Shown piece after piece: positions 1 to 11,026 of a stretch of DNA of 32,804 nt. Positions within the stretch are counted from its first letter, which is position 1, and every line of letters begins with the position of its first letter. The DNA is taken from the NCBI RefSeq assembly GCF_004010195.1, contig NC_057718.1, positions 105,230,300 through 105,263,103 on the forward strand. The letters are read 5' to 3'. The notes under the pieces were generated by a model, which did no database searches, was not told where the DNA came from, and saw only the letters and a list, made by a program, of their open reading frames with translations. The translations under genes were made by a program, and so were the position numbers. The stretch is from Chiloscyllium plagiosum (Eukaryota).

Positions 1-1822
1 AAGTCCAACTGAGGACATCGAAGAAAGAAATAAGGACGGAGAAAATTAAATGTGAGGGTAAGCTAGCTGGTAATTTTAGGAAAGACTGTAAGAGTTTCTT
101 TAGATATACGAAGGTCAAAAGAGAGGCAAAAGTGGACACTAGGCCACTAGAAAATGATGCTGGAGAAGTAGTAATGGGGAACAAAGAAATAGCTGAGGAT
201 GAGAATAAGCACATTGCACCACATCTTCAGGGTGGAAGATTCAAGTAATAAGCCAAATATTCGAGAGAGTTGGGGGGCAGAGATGAGTATGGTGGCCATC
301 ATCAAGGAGAAGGTGCTAGAAAAACTGAAAGGTCTAAAAGTGGATAAATCACCTACACCAGATGGGCTACACCCCAGAGTTCTGAGGAGTTAGCTGAAGA
401 GATGTTCTGGTAGCTTTAGCAGTGATCTTTCAGGTATCACTGGAGTCAGGGAGGGTCCCAGAGGACTGGAAAATTGCTAATGTAATCCCCTGCTTAAGGG
501 AGTGAGGCAAAATACAGGAAATTACAGGCTGATTAGCCTGAGCTCAGTTGTTGGTAAGATTTGAGTCCATTATGAAGGTTGAGATTTCTGAAGATGTGAA
601 AGTGCATGGTTTCATCAAGGGGAGGTCATATCTGACAAATCTGTTAGAATTCTTTGAGGAAGTAATGAGCAGGTTAGACCAAGGAGGGCGAGTGGATGTT
701 ATTTATCTGGACTTCCAGAAGGCCTTTGACAAGGTGCCGCATGGGAGGCTGTGGAGTAAGATAAAGGCCCATGGTGTTAGAGGCCAGGTACTAGCAGGAA
801 TAGAAGCCTGGCTGTCTGGCAGAGGCAGAGAGTGGGGTTAAAAGAGTCCTTCACAGGATGGAAGCCAGTGACTGGTGGTGTTTCACAAAGGTCTGTGTTG
901 GGATCACAATGTTTCAATTTATACATTAATGATCTGGATGAAAGAATTGAGGGCATTCTGGCTAAGTTTGCAGATTATACAAAGATAGGTGGAGGGGCAG
1001 GAGGTTGCAGAAAGATTTAGACAGGTTAGGAGAGTTGGCAACAAGTGGCAGATGAAATACGTAGGAAAGTGTGAAGTCATGCACTTTGGTAGGAAGAAGA
1101 GAGGCATGGACTATTTTCTAAATGGGGAGAAAATTCAGAAATCTGAAGTGCAAAGGGACTTGGGACTCCTAGTCCAAGATTCCCTTAAGGTAAACCTGCA
1201 GGTTGAGTCAGTAGTTAGGAAGGCAAATACAATGTTGTAATTTATCTCAAGAGGACTAGAATATAAAAGCAGGATGCTGTTCTGAGGCTTTAAATGTCAT
1301 CTAACCAGAGCCTTATAGAATATTGTGAGCAATTTTAGAGCCCATGCCTCATGAAAACGTATTGGCCCTGGAGTAGGTCGAAAGGAGGTGCACAAGAATG
1401 ATCCCAGGAATGAAAGGCTTAACATGTGAAGAACGTTTAAGGACTCTGGGGGCGCGAGGGATCTGATTGAAACTTCCAGAATATTGAACGGTCTGGACAG
1501 AGTGGACGTTGGGAAGATGTTTCCATTGGTAGGAGGGACGAAGACTCGAGAGAACAGCCTTAGAGTAAAGGGGAGACCATTTAGAATGGGGATAAGGAGA
1601 AACGTCTTTAACCAGAGAGTGGTGAATCTGTGGAATTCATTGCCACAGAAGGCTGTGGAGGCCCCGGTCATGGATTATATTTAAAACAGAGATAGATACA
1701 TTCTTGATTACCAACGGGGAGAAAGCAGGAATGAAAACCTATCAGCCACAACTGAAACATGGAGCAGACTTGATGGGCCGAATGGCCTAATGGCCTAATT
1801 TCTGCTCCTGTCTTATGGTCTT
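1..1822 (+). mobile_element. CR1 LINE, decayed ORF2 (RT and C-terminal part) with 3' tail; runs off the left edge
   Basis: Frameshifted CR1 ORF2 motifs: KSPTPDGLHPRVL, HGFIKGRSYLTNLLEFFE, DVIYLDFQKAFDKVPH, KFADYTK, FNQRVVNLWNSLP. Ends in a CR1-type tail gggccgaatggcct...ctcctgtcttatggtctta. Confidence 0.92.
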
Positions 1823-2495
1823 AAACCAAAGTTTAATCTTGGTTTATTACTAGTTCAACTGGTTTCAGCCCAGAATTTACAAAAGGACACTCCCAAGTCA
1901 TTCCAAACCCCATATAGTTAAGAATATGCAGAAGGGATACACTTAAAAATATTTCCTATTCATCGCTATCCAGTTCACCTCCATTCAAAAGAAAAGGTGT
2001 CTGTGCAGAAATCCAGCAAAGATAGAATCAAAAGGTCACAAACCTGAAACCTTAATTCTGTTTCTTTCTTCACAGTCTGCCTGACTGTTTCCAGTTTTAT
2101 ATTAGGATTGGGCTGGTCTTTCAGTTATATACAACTGAGAGCAGTTAGTTTATGAAGTCACTGAACTGAACAAATCTTGGCATCATGAACAATAAATTGA
2201 AAACATTGGTCAGGATTCAAGCAAGTTTGTTAAACTTTGAAGGTTCAATCATGATACAGGAAATGACTATTATTTATACAGATTATAACTATGGTTTTTA
2301 AAATAATTAAGCACTTGAATAAGATATTTCAGATTCCAATTTAGTAAACAAGGAAGAGTTAGTACTTAAAGCAAATTAGTTCAGCACAGCTTCCAATTCT
2401 AACTGTGTAAAAGCTGAACAGGATACTGGATCGATACTGGCACAAAGATAACATACGGTTCATTGTATTTAATTGGCATCTGCAGAACACAGTAC

Positions 2496-2738
2496 CTTAG
2501 TAAAGGAGCTGCCCAACTTGACCAAAGGCACAGTTCGGAATTCTCTTTTGTCACTCATTGTCAGGGATCCTGCGTTAAGGCTGTACAGATTGGACATCAC
2601 CAGCATCAGGTCAGAGGTGGTCTTGACAGGCAGGAAACGGCTACGTGGCACATTAATACCTAAAGCATTTTCAAAGCACTTAATGGCAGCACCAACAGCT
2701 GTCTCCAGCTGAATCACATTTCGACCATCATCCAATGT
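2496..2738 (-). CDS. UGP2: UDP-glucose pyrophosphorylase exon (243 nt, equivalent to human exon 8)
   Basis: TLDDGRNVIQLETAVGAAIKCFENALGINVPRSRFLPVKTTSDLMLVMSNLYSLNAGSLTMSDKREFRTVPLVKLGSSFTK. Acceptor caacag at 2739-2744, donor GT at 2495-2494. Contains the UGPase motifs QLETA and RFLPVK. Confidence 0.97.
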
Positions 2739-2829
2739 CTGTTGAAAAGAACAATTTATATTTTATTAAAACAACTTGAACATTAGAATAACTTGCCACA
2801 GCATTTCATGAACATTAGACAAAACTTTA

Positions 2830-3742
2830 AGTCACAGAGTTGTACAGCATGGAAACAAAACGCTTTAGCCAACTGGTTCATGCCAATCAGATATCCAAAA
2901 TTAATCTAGTCCCACCTGCCAGTACCTGCCCATATCCATCCAAACCCTTCTTATTCATATACCCATCCAGACTGTAATTGTACTAGCCTACACCACCTCT
3001 GGCAGCTCATTCCAGACATGTACCACCCTCTGCATGAAAAAGTTACCCCTTAGCTCCCTTTCAAATCTTTCCCCTTTCATCTTAAATGTATCCCCTCTAG
3101 TTTTGGATTCCCCTACCCTGGGGAAAAGGCCTTGGTTATTCACACTATCCATGCCCCTCGTGATTTTATAAACCTCTATAAGATCACCCCTCAGCCTCCG
3201 ACGCTCCAGAGAAAATAGCCCCAGCCAATTCAAACCCTGCAACCCTGGTAACATTCATGTAAATCTTTTCTGAACCCTCTCAAGTTTAACAACATCTTTC
3301 AATAGCAAGGAGACCAGAATAGAATGCAGTATTCCAAACATGGCCTAAGCGATGTTCAGTACAGCTGCAACATGACCTCCCAACTCCTAGATTTCTATAC
3401 TCCATGCATGCACCAATAAAGGCAAGCATACCAAATGCCTTCTTCACCACACTGTCTACCTGCGATTCCACTGTCAAGGAGCTACTTTCCAAGGTCCCTT
3501 TGTACGGCAACACCCCTCAGGACTTTACCATTAAGTGTAAAATTCCTGCCCCAATGTGCCTGAACTAAACGTAGCACCTCATATTTATTTAAATTAAACT
3601 TCATCTGCCACTCCTCAGCCAATCTGATCAAGATCCCATTGTACTTGGAGGCAACTTTCACTGTCCAATACACCGCCAATTTTGCTGTCATCTGCAAACT
3701 CTAACTGTACATCCTATATTCCCATCCAAATCAGTTATATAA
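2830..3742 (-). mobile_element. CR1 LINE 3' fragment
   Basis: Minus-strand ORFs LGLFSLERRRLRGDLIEVYKI...QRVVHVWNELPE, WQMKFNLNKYEVL and VVKKAFGMLAFIG. The 3' end (tacagcatggaaaca on +) is shared with copies near 9850, 24740, 28560 and 31860. Confidence 0.92.
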
Positions 3743-4199
3743 TGGAGCCCATGAGAAAAGTGGGGTAAAGGACAGAACAGAAAAAAATTACTCATGATCA
3801 CTCAAAAATTACCCAGAAGTCTACCACAAAAGTATATCACAGCCCAAATGAAGGTATAAATTATATTCATCAACAAACAGAATTAAACACAGTATACTTA
3901 CAAAATATTGTTAATGCAGGGACAGAGGGTCATCATGGTGCGTAAGGTAGACTCCCTCATTCCTGTTAAGCGAGCTATATCATGTATTCTCTCGTTATGC
4001 TCCAAAGGTTTTATAATATCTAGCTTCTCTTCCAGTGTTAAGCCTCTCTTTTGTGTTCACCACCTGCAATTTTATCACCAGGATGCTTCTTGCTAACATT
4101 CTTGTCACTATGCCCTTCCATTTTTCTTAAAAAACACAGGGATAATCTAGGAGTAGTGTACCTCTCAATGTATCTTTCTCAGTAGCCCTCACAAAAAGC

Positions 4200-4404
4200 T
4201 GCTCTGTCAGCAGCTCACATCAGCACATGTGCAGAACAGTGTGGAGAATTCAGCACATGTGCAGAACCAAGTGTGTGAAACAATCACCACTGGAATTGTG
4301 CTGTTACAGAGGTAAATGTTCTCGAAAGTATCATTCCTTAATTCCTCAGCAATATTATAAGCAAATCACAATGCTTGAATGCGCGTTATTCCAAGAACTA
4401 CCTG
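4200..4404. mobile_element. One end of a Tigger/pogo-like DNA transposon; the other end was not found
   Basis: Ends gcgttattccaagaactacctg|TA. Its reverse complement TA|CAGGTAGTTCTTGGAATAACGC resembles the end at 13146 (TA|CAGGTCATTCTCCTAGAACGC). Left boundary uncertain. Confidence 0.45.
4220..4267. repeat. Direct repeat TCAGCACATGTGCAGAAC x2, 30-bp period
   Basis: Identical 18-mers at 4220-4237 and 4250-4267, each containing the palindrome GCACATGTGC. Confidence 0.9.
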
Positions 4405-4777
4405 TATTATTGTTACTCTTCCCAAAGAGGCCACTTAAACTAGACTGCCAATTATTCCGTTTTCATTACACAATAATCAGTCTAGCATGCAGTGTTCTCT
4501 AGTTGGTTCCTCAATGTAAATGAGCCAGAAAACCAAAGACAACATCCTATGAACACCAAAACATCTAGAAGGATTTCAGTCAATGAATTACTTTGAGAAT
4601 ATTCATTGTGATACAGCAGGATACCAGAAACAGAGATAAATGATAGTTAGTTGGTATTTGGTGTGTTTTTTTTTTAAATTGCAGGATATGACAGTCAGGA
4701 CAATCACCCTACGATCTGTATGTTCTTGTTTGTTGTAAGCTGCCTGTACTGCTTGCACAATAAACATTTTCATTGCA

Positions 4778-5108
4778 CAGGTACACAATCCTTTATCTGA
4801 AATGCTCGGGACCAGCTGGTTTTTGGAATTTGGAAGTTTTTGAATTTCGGAATAAGTGATAGGTTGATGGTGAAATTTTTAAAGAGTCTTACCGAACAGT
4901 AGACTCACTGAGTACTATGGGCTCGGAGACAGAATTGAGGCCTGCTAGTGCTGGGCCATGCCCACCCACGTCACATCTGAGTGACATGCATCAAGTTCGT
5001 GTGGAGTTGGGTTAACTGTTTGCATGCCAAACAACCTTGTTAATGAGATACAAACTTCACAAAAAAATTCACATTTTGGAGCTTTTCGGATAAAGGGTTG
5101 TCTACCTA
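4778..5108. mobile_element. Non-autonomous Tigger/pogo MITE (Tigger4/MER46-like), 331 bp
   Basis: Terminal inverted repeats: left CAGGTACACAATCCTTTATCTGAAA, right (reverse complement) TAGGTAGACAACCCTTTATCCGAAA. TA follows at 5109-5110; the left flank reads CA. The left end continues aatgctcgggaccag, as recalled for Tigger4/MER46. Confidence 0.8.
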
Positions 5109-5179
5109 TACTTATGTACATGTGACAATGAATCAAATCAATCTTCTGCCCCTCAAGTCTTTTACATTCACCTTATTCT

Positions 5180-5305
5180 GACATCTCATCAGAAAAACAG
5201 CACCTCCCTCAGTACTGTTCAGAAAGGTGGTAAATACTAACGTCTTGGTGAGGGTTTCAATGCATAACTGGTCATGATGGAAGATAGTTCACTAGCAATA
5301 AACCA
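5180..5305 (-). mobile_element. Old SacSINE1/DeuSINE-like relic
   Basis: acatctcatcagaaaaacagcacctccctcagtactg resembles the core of the SINE copies near 18390-18435 (+) and 20910-20965 (-). Heavily decayed. Confidence 0.35.
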
Positions 5306-5604
5306 AAATAAGATGTGACTATAAATCAATCCAACCCAAAGTCAGCATTTATTAATTGACCGAACAGTTACTTCATTCTGTCACAATGATACTGTAACAT
5401 TACAAAATGGCTTAAAATATTAAAAGTAATAGAATTTCAAAGTAGAAAATTAGGGTAAGTTATGTAGATGCTATTAAAGAATACTACAATGAAAAAAGTA
5501 CCACGAAATCTTGGTGTTTAGTTGTATTAATCTGGATGGTAGCAGTGAGGGATCCGGGGCAGTACCAAATCTGGCAAAAGATGCTAAGTCATTGACATTG
5601 ACAC

Positions 5605-5730
5605 CATAGGAAAATGGCCCTTCGGCCCATGAATCAGCACTAATCAGAAACAAGCACCTAACTACTTTAATTCGAGCAAGTGTGCACCTAAATCTTTCTT
5701 TAATGTTGTGGGTTTCTGCCTCTACACCCA
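5605..5730 (-). mobile_element. Short decayed CR1 3'-end relic
   Basis: ataggaaaatggcccttcggcccat...ttaatgttgtgggtttctgcctctac follows the pattern of the other reversed CR1 tails in this window. Confidence 0.45.
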
Positions 5731-5972
5731 TTTTTTTTTCTAATTTAACCCACAACTTTCTTCAATATTTTAGCAGAATATTTTAAGATCCATACCGCTA
5801 TTTGGCAAAATAAGTGGAGTTCAGCGTTACAATGCAAAAGGCTTTCCCAACCAGCACCATTTAATTAGTTACTGATTTAACCCATGCTTGCGAGATATCT
5901 CAGTAAATAAAGTGGCTAACACCATCTTACTGTAAGTTCACATGATACAATTTTAAAAATCAGTGGATGTCA

Positions 5973-6287
<315 letters not shown>

Positions 6288-6484
6288 TCAAGTTATATTC
6301 TTCCTATTCTTCAAGAGCACAAAACACCAATTCCATAAAAATATAACTGACAAACTCAATGCAATAGGAGAGCAAGCATGAATCAAAATGAATGTTGAGA
6401 TTGCCTGCAACATCTCCAGCATGATTGAGAAATGCAACATTACCTTGCTTATTTCAAAGCAGTTAAGATTACATTTTGACTCTG

Positions 6485-6496
6485 CAAGATGGCGGC
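6485..6496 (+). promoter_or_regulatory. YY1 consensus site at the L1 5' end
   Basis: CAAGATGGCGGC is the extended YY1 consensus, located at the start of the 5'UTR, where human L1 has its YY1 initiation-positioning site. Confidence 0.65.
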
Positions 6497-6628
6497 GATT
6501 CTGTAGAACTGCTGTGGATTGCTCTGCCTAACAGCCAAGGCTTACTGGTGTTTTTTTGCCATCCCTGACCAACTTATTAGTTTATTAGTTTAAAACCTTA
6601 CAGGACACATATTTGTTAATATTTGGGA

Positions 6629-7453
6629 ATGGGAAGGATGCCAAAGGGAAAAGGAGCAAGTAAACAGCAGCAGGGAGGACACTCCCCTGCAGCACCTACC
6701 ACACCAGAGACAGCAGCAGCAGGAGCCTCTCTTGAACCCACCGGGGACCTGACAGACTCACAGGAATTGGCTGCGGCGGTGCCTTGAAAGTTGCGGCTGC
6801 GATTGAGGAAATCCGTGGGGAGATTCGTGCCCAGGTCCAACCTATCGCATCCATGCTGCAGAAGCACGAGCAGGAGATCCAGGGTTCGGGGAGCAGCTGG
6901 AGGAGGTGGCAGGTCGAACTAAGGCCTCGGAAGCTGCAATGGAGTCCTCATCCAGTCGGATCCAGGTGCTGGAGCGAGAGGTGCGGGCCTTGTGAGACCA
7001 TATCGACGACCTCGAAAATCGAGGGCGGAGGATAAATCTCCGAATTGTCGGGCTCCCTGAAGGTGAGCAGCCAGTCAGTTTCATTGAAAGCTGGCTGCTG
7101 AAGTTATTGGGCCTTCACATCGAGTCCAGCAGGCTTCAGATTGAAAGGGCTTATCGGGTTACAGTGCACAGGTCAGACCCAGTGCAGCGCCCCCGCTCGG
7201 TCCTAGTGCACTTCCATTCATATAAAGGACAAGCAATAAGTGATAGAAGCTTCTAGATTACTGGGAAATTACCCGCAGGCACTGCTGTACAAGGGGTCAA
7301 AAATCATGTTTTTCCAGGATTTCTGTGCTGAGGAACCTGGGCATCCAGTATTCCATGAGATACCCCGCAGTGCTCCATTTCAGCTACAAGGACTCAGTTT
7401 ATACAATTGACTCAGCAGATAAAGCTAAAAACTTTGTAGACGTTTTAAAATAG
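6629..7453 (+). pseudogene. L1 ORF1p (coiled coil, RRM, CTD), disrupted
   Basis: MGRMPKGKGASKQ... then RIQVLEREVRAL*DHIDDLENRGRRINLRIVGLPEGEQ, IERAYRV, PRSVLVHFH, KIMFFQDF and GIQYSMRYPAVL, ending TAG at 7451-7453. Several frameshifts and an internal stop. Confidence 0.85.
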
Positions 7454-8053
7454 ATGGATTGACCTGAAGAATACAGTTAATGTTTGTTCTCTTTTCCTTC
7501 TTTCCCCACGTTTTCCCTTCCTTTTTTTATTCCTTTCTTTCTCCCTGATAATTTCTTTTTTTGGAAAGGGGAGAAAAAACCTTGGAATAAGTTGTTCCTT
7601 TTTTTTAATAGCTGGATTTTCTGATGGGAAATTTTGTGAATGTTCTTGGTTGTCTACCCCTCTTTTTTTGTTTGTTCTGTTTCTCTTTTAGTCACAAGTA
7701 GTGACGACATGAAACCAGGGATGAGTGGAGGGCTCATCCTGACTTTGTCTTTTTTCCGTTTCTTTTTCTTTTGTTTTCTTTTCTGGCCTAAGGCTGGAGC
7801 ACAGTCCAGATTTGAAGGAGCTGTGAAAGAGGGGATGGGAAGGTTGAGTGCCCTCTATGGGCAGGGGGAAAGAGTCATCCATTCAAGAATACTTGGTTTT
7901 CTTCGTAGTTTTTGGGTAGTCATAGTTGTTTATATTTATGATAGAGTAGTTTTTGTATATATAGTTCTTCGACTCAGTTTTTATTTACTTGTGCTCGGTG
8001 CTTTGTAAGCAGGGTTCTCCCTCCCAGGGGTTCAAGGGTCTCTGAAAGGGGAT

Positions 8054-9619
8054 ATGGCTAAGTGTCTTACTAAATGGTGCACCTGGAACATTAAGGGAAG
8101 TCATTTGCCTGTTAAAAGGGAAAAAGGTGCTTTCTAGCCTTAAGAGGGAAAGGGTTAATAACGCTTTGTTGCAGGAAACCCATTTTGATGGGGAACACCT
8201 GAAATTACAACAGGGGGCTATGACCGGGTATTCTTTTCATCCTTTACTACTAAAAGTAGGGGAATGGCGGTACTTATCCAGAAAAATCTTCCGTTCACAT
8301 TATTAGAGCAGGTGAAAGATGAGCAGGATGGTTTGTGAAACTTAAAGCCCTGATACATGGGGAGGAGTATAGCATTTTAAATGTTTACTGTCCTCTGGCG
8401 CATCCCCTCAAATTTTTGATTAGTGCTTTCTCTAAGTTGAGTGCTTTTGGAACATAGCACATTATTATAGGGAGGGGATTTTAATTGTTTTTTGGATCCG
8501 ACAGTAGTCAGGATGCCTTGTGCGTCCCCAACTATTTCTTCACAGGCCAAGCAGGTGACTGACTTATGTGGGGAAATGGGGCTGGTAGATATTTGGAGAT
8601 GTTTTCACCCTACTGACAGGGACTTCACCTTCTTTTCAAACCCACATAAATGTTACACGAGAATAGACCTTTTTCTAGCTCCCTTGGCCCTCCTGGGTTA
8701 GATTATGGGTTGTAGAATTGGGAATATAAGCTATCTCTGATCACGCGGCGGTATATTTGGAGATTAAGGCCAAGAGTGAAGGGCTAGGTTTGCAGCACTG
8801 GTGTTTGGACCCTTTTCTCCTTAAGGATTCCAAATTTGTGGAATACGTTTTGAAGGAGTTTCAGGAATTCTTGACTATCAACTCAGGCACGGCTAGTAGT
8901 CTGTCCATGCTATGGGAGACTGCGAAGGCCTTTGCTAGGGGATTAGCTATTTCCTATTCGGCTGGCTGGAAACGACAGAAGGAGGAACAGCAGCGTCCAC
9001 CTGAGACACGGGTGAAAGCCGCCGAGGTAGCACATTTTGTGCGGCCTTCAGTGACTAAGCTACAGCGGATCACGGCCCTCAGGGCTGCTCTGAATTCAAT
9101 ACTGACACAAAACACAAAGAAAGAACTTGCTTTTGCTAGACAAAGGCTGTTCGAATATGGGGATAGGCCAGGGAAATATTTAGCGTACCTGACTAGGAAA
9201 AAGCGTGCTCCCCAATCCATTACTGCAATCAGAGACAGTGCCAGGGCGCTTACATACAATGCTAAAAAGATTAATGATGCTTTTCGGAGCTTTTACTCGA
9301 ATTGTATCACAGTCTGAAGGATGCGAGGACAGGAGGGCTAAAATGGAGACCTTTTTTAAGAACCTGGACTTCCCAAGGGTAACCTTGGAACAGGTCTCTC
9401 TCCTTAATGCCCCCTTGACAATTCAGGAAATACAGGAGGCAACTTCAGAGTGGGAGAGCACCTGTCCCTGATGGTCTCCTGGGTGAGCTTTATAAGAAGT
9501 TTATAGGGATTCTGTCAGGGCCGATGTTGGAGATGTACAATCACTCCTATAGGCATGAATGCCTACCACCATCTTTGAGAGAAGCTAATATTTCTTTAAT
9601 TCTTAAGAAGGGGAAGGTC
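8054..9619 (+). pseudogene. L1 ORF2p endonuclease domain and linker, disrupted and truncated before the RT core
   Basis: ATG at 8054 gives MAKCLTKWCTWNIKG. Track ORFs 8492-8701, 8757-9317 and 9205-9471 are pieces of it. Stops and frameshifts throughout. Confidence 0.88.
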
Positions 9620-9621
9620 TC

Positions 9622-9830
9622 AAGATTAGAAGAGTGAGAGGACATCTAATTACAATTAAAGGGGATTGACAAATGTAGACAAAGTGGATGTTCCCCTTCA
9701 TGGGACAATACAGACCAAGAGTTTTAGGCTAAGGGGTGGCAGATTTAAAGTAGAGAAGAGAAGCTACTTTCTCTTAAAAGATCATGAGTCTACAGAAATC
9801 AGCACCCAAGTGTACTGGATACCAGGCCAC
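9622..9830 (+). mobile_element. Decayed CR1 ORF2 C-terminal fragment abutting the truncated L1
   Basis: ttagaagagtgagaggacatctaatt...gtggatgttcccc...aggctaaggggtggcagatttaaa corresponds to the CR1 RRxRGDLI...MFP...LRGGRFK segment. Confidence 0.65.
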
Positions 9831-9831
9831 T

Positions 9832-11012
9832 TAGTCAGAGTTACAGTTATACAGCATGGAAACAGACATTTCAGTCCAACTCGCCCATGCAGATCAGATA
9901 TCCTGAACTGATCTAGTCCTATTTACTAACATTTGGCCCATATCCCTCCCAACCCTTCTTATTCATGTATCTATCCAAATGCCTTTTAAATTGTTGTAAC
10001 TGTTACCTCCACCACATTCTCTGGCAGCTTTTTCCATATATGTACCACCTTCTGCATGAAACTGTTGTCCTTTACGTCCCTTTTAAATATTTCCTCTCTC
10101 ACCTTAAACCTGTGCCTTCTAGTTTTGGACTTCCGCCATCCTGGGGAAAAGACTTAGCTACTCTCCCCAAATCATGCCCCTCACGATTTTGTAAACCTCT
10201 ATGAAGATCACCCCTCAGCCTCCGGAGCTCCAGGGATAAAATCCCCAGTATGCTCAGCTTCTCCCTTTAGCTCAAACCCTCCAACCCTGGTAACATCCTC
10301 GTAAATCTTTTCTAAACCTGCCAAGTTTAACATCTTTCCTATAGAAGGGAAACCAGAATTGAGCGTAGTATTCTAAAAGTGACCTAACCAATGTGCTGAA
10401 CAGCTACAGCATGATAACCCAACTCCCATACTCAATGCACTGACCAATGAAGGCTAGCGTTCTAAATGCTTTTTTCACCATCCATCAAACTGTAACTTTC
10501 AAGGAACTATGGACCTGCACCCCTAGGTCTCTCTGTTCGGCAACACTCCCCAGGGCGCTACCATTAACTGTATAAGTCCTTCCCACCTTAAATTTATTTA
10601 AATTAAACCCCATCTGCCACTCAGCCCATCTGATCAAGGTCCTGTAGTACAGAGGGAACTTTCTTCACTACACCTTCAATTTGTGTGTCATCTGTAAACT
10701 TACTCACCATACCTCCTATACTCACTTCCAAATCATTTATATAAAATGACAAAAAGCAATAGACTCAGCACTGATTGTTGTGACACACTACTGGTCACAG
10801 GCCTCCAATCTGAAGAACAACCACCACTCCACCACCACTCTGACTCCTAGCTTCAAGCCAATTATGTATCCAGTTGGCCAGCTCTTTCTGGATTCCACGT
10901 GATCTAACCTTGTTAACCAGTCTATCATGTTGAACCTTGTCGAACAATTTACTGAAGTCCATAAAGACAACGTCCACCGCTCTGTCTTCAATCTTCTCAG
11001 ACACTTCTTCAA
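9832..11012 (-). mobile_element. CR1 LINE 3' fragment, ~1.2 kb
   Basis: AVDVVFMDFSKLFDKVQHDRLVNKVRSRGIQKELANWIHNWL (10795-11004). Same 3' end family as the 2830 and 31843 copies. Confidence 0.92.
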
Positions 11013-11026
11013 AATATAATAGTAGT

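Larger units (their letters stand above)
6478..9619 (+). mobile_element. L1-clade LINE: 5'UTR, ORF1, ~600-bp T-rich spacer and N-terminal ORF2; 3' part missing; antisense to UGP2
   Basis: Begins with CAAGATGGCGGC. ORF1 signature DLENRGRRINLRIVGLPEG. APE endonuclease motifs WNIKG, LQETH, GGDFN, RIDLF and SDH, then WETAKAFARG, FEYGDRPGKYLA, PDGLLGELYKKF and ISLILKKGK, where homology stops. Confidence 0.92.

Noticed and set aside
199..1684. Run of short + strand ORFs resembling an operon
   Set aside because: They are frameshifted pieces of one CR1 ORF2.
4220..4267. Repeat-spacer-repeat pattern suggestive of CRISPR (also 11684-11726 and 21100-21229)
   Set aside because: Only two units each, no cas genes, and a vertebrate intron context.
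7640..8008. 122-aa hydrophobic ORF that could look like a membrane protein or extra L1 ORF
   Set aside because: Phe/Leu/Val richness follows from the T-rich spacer composition; no recognisable motif.
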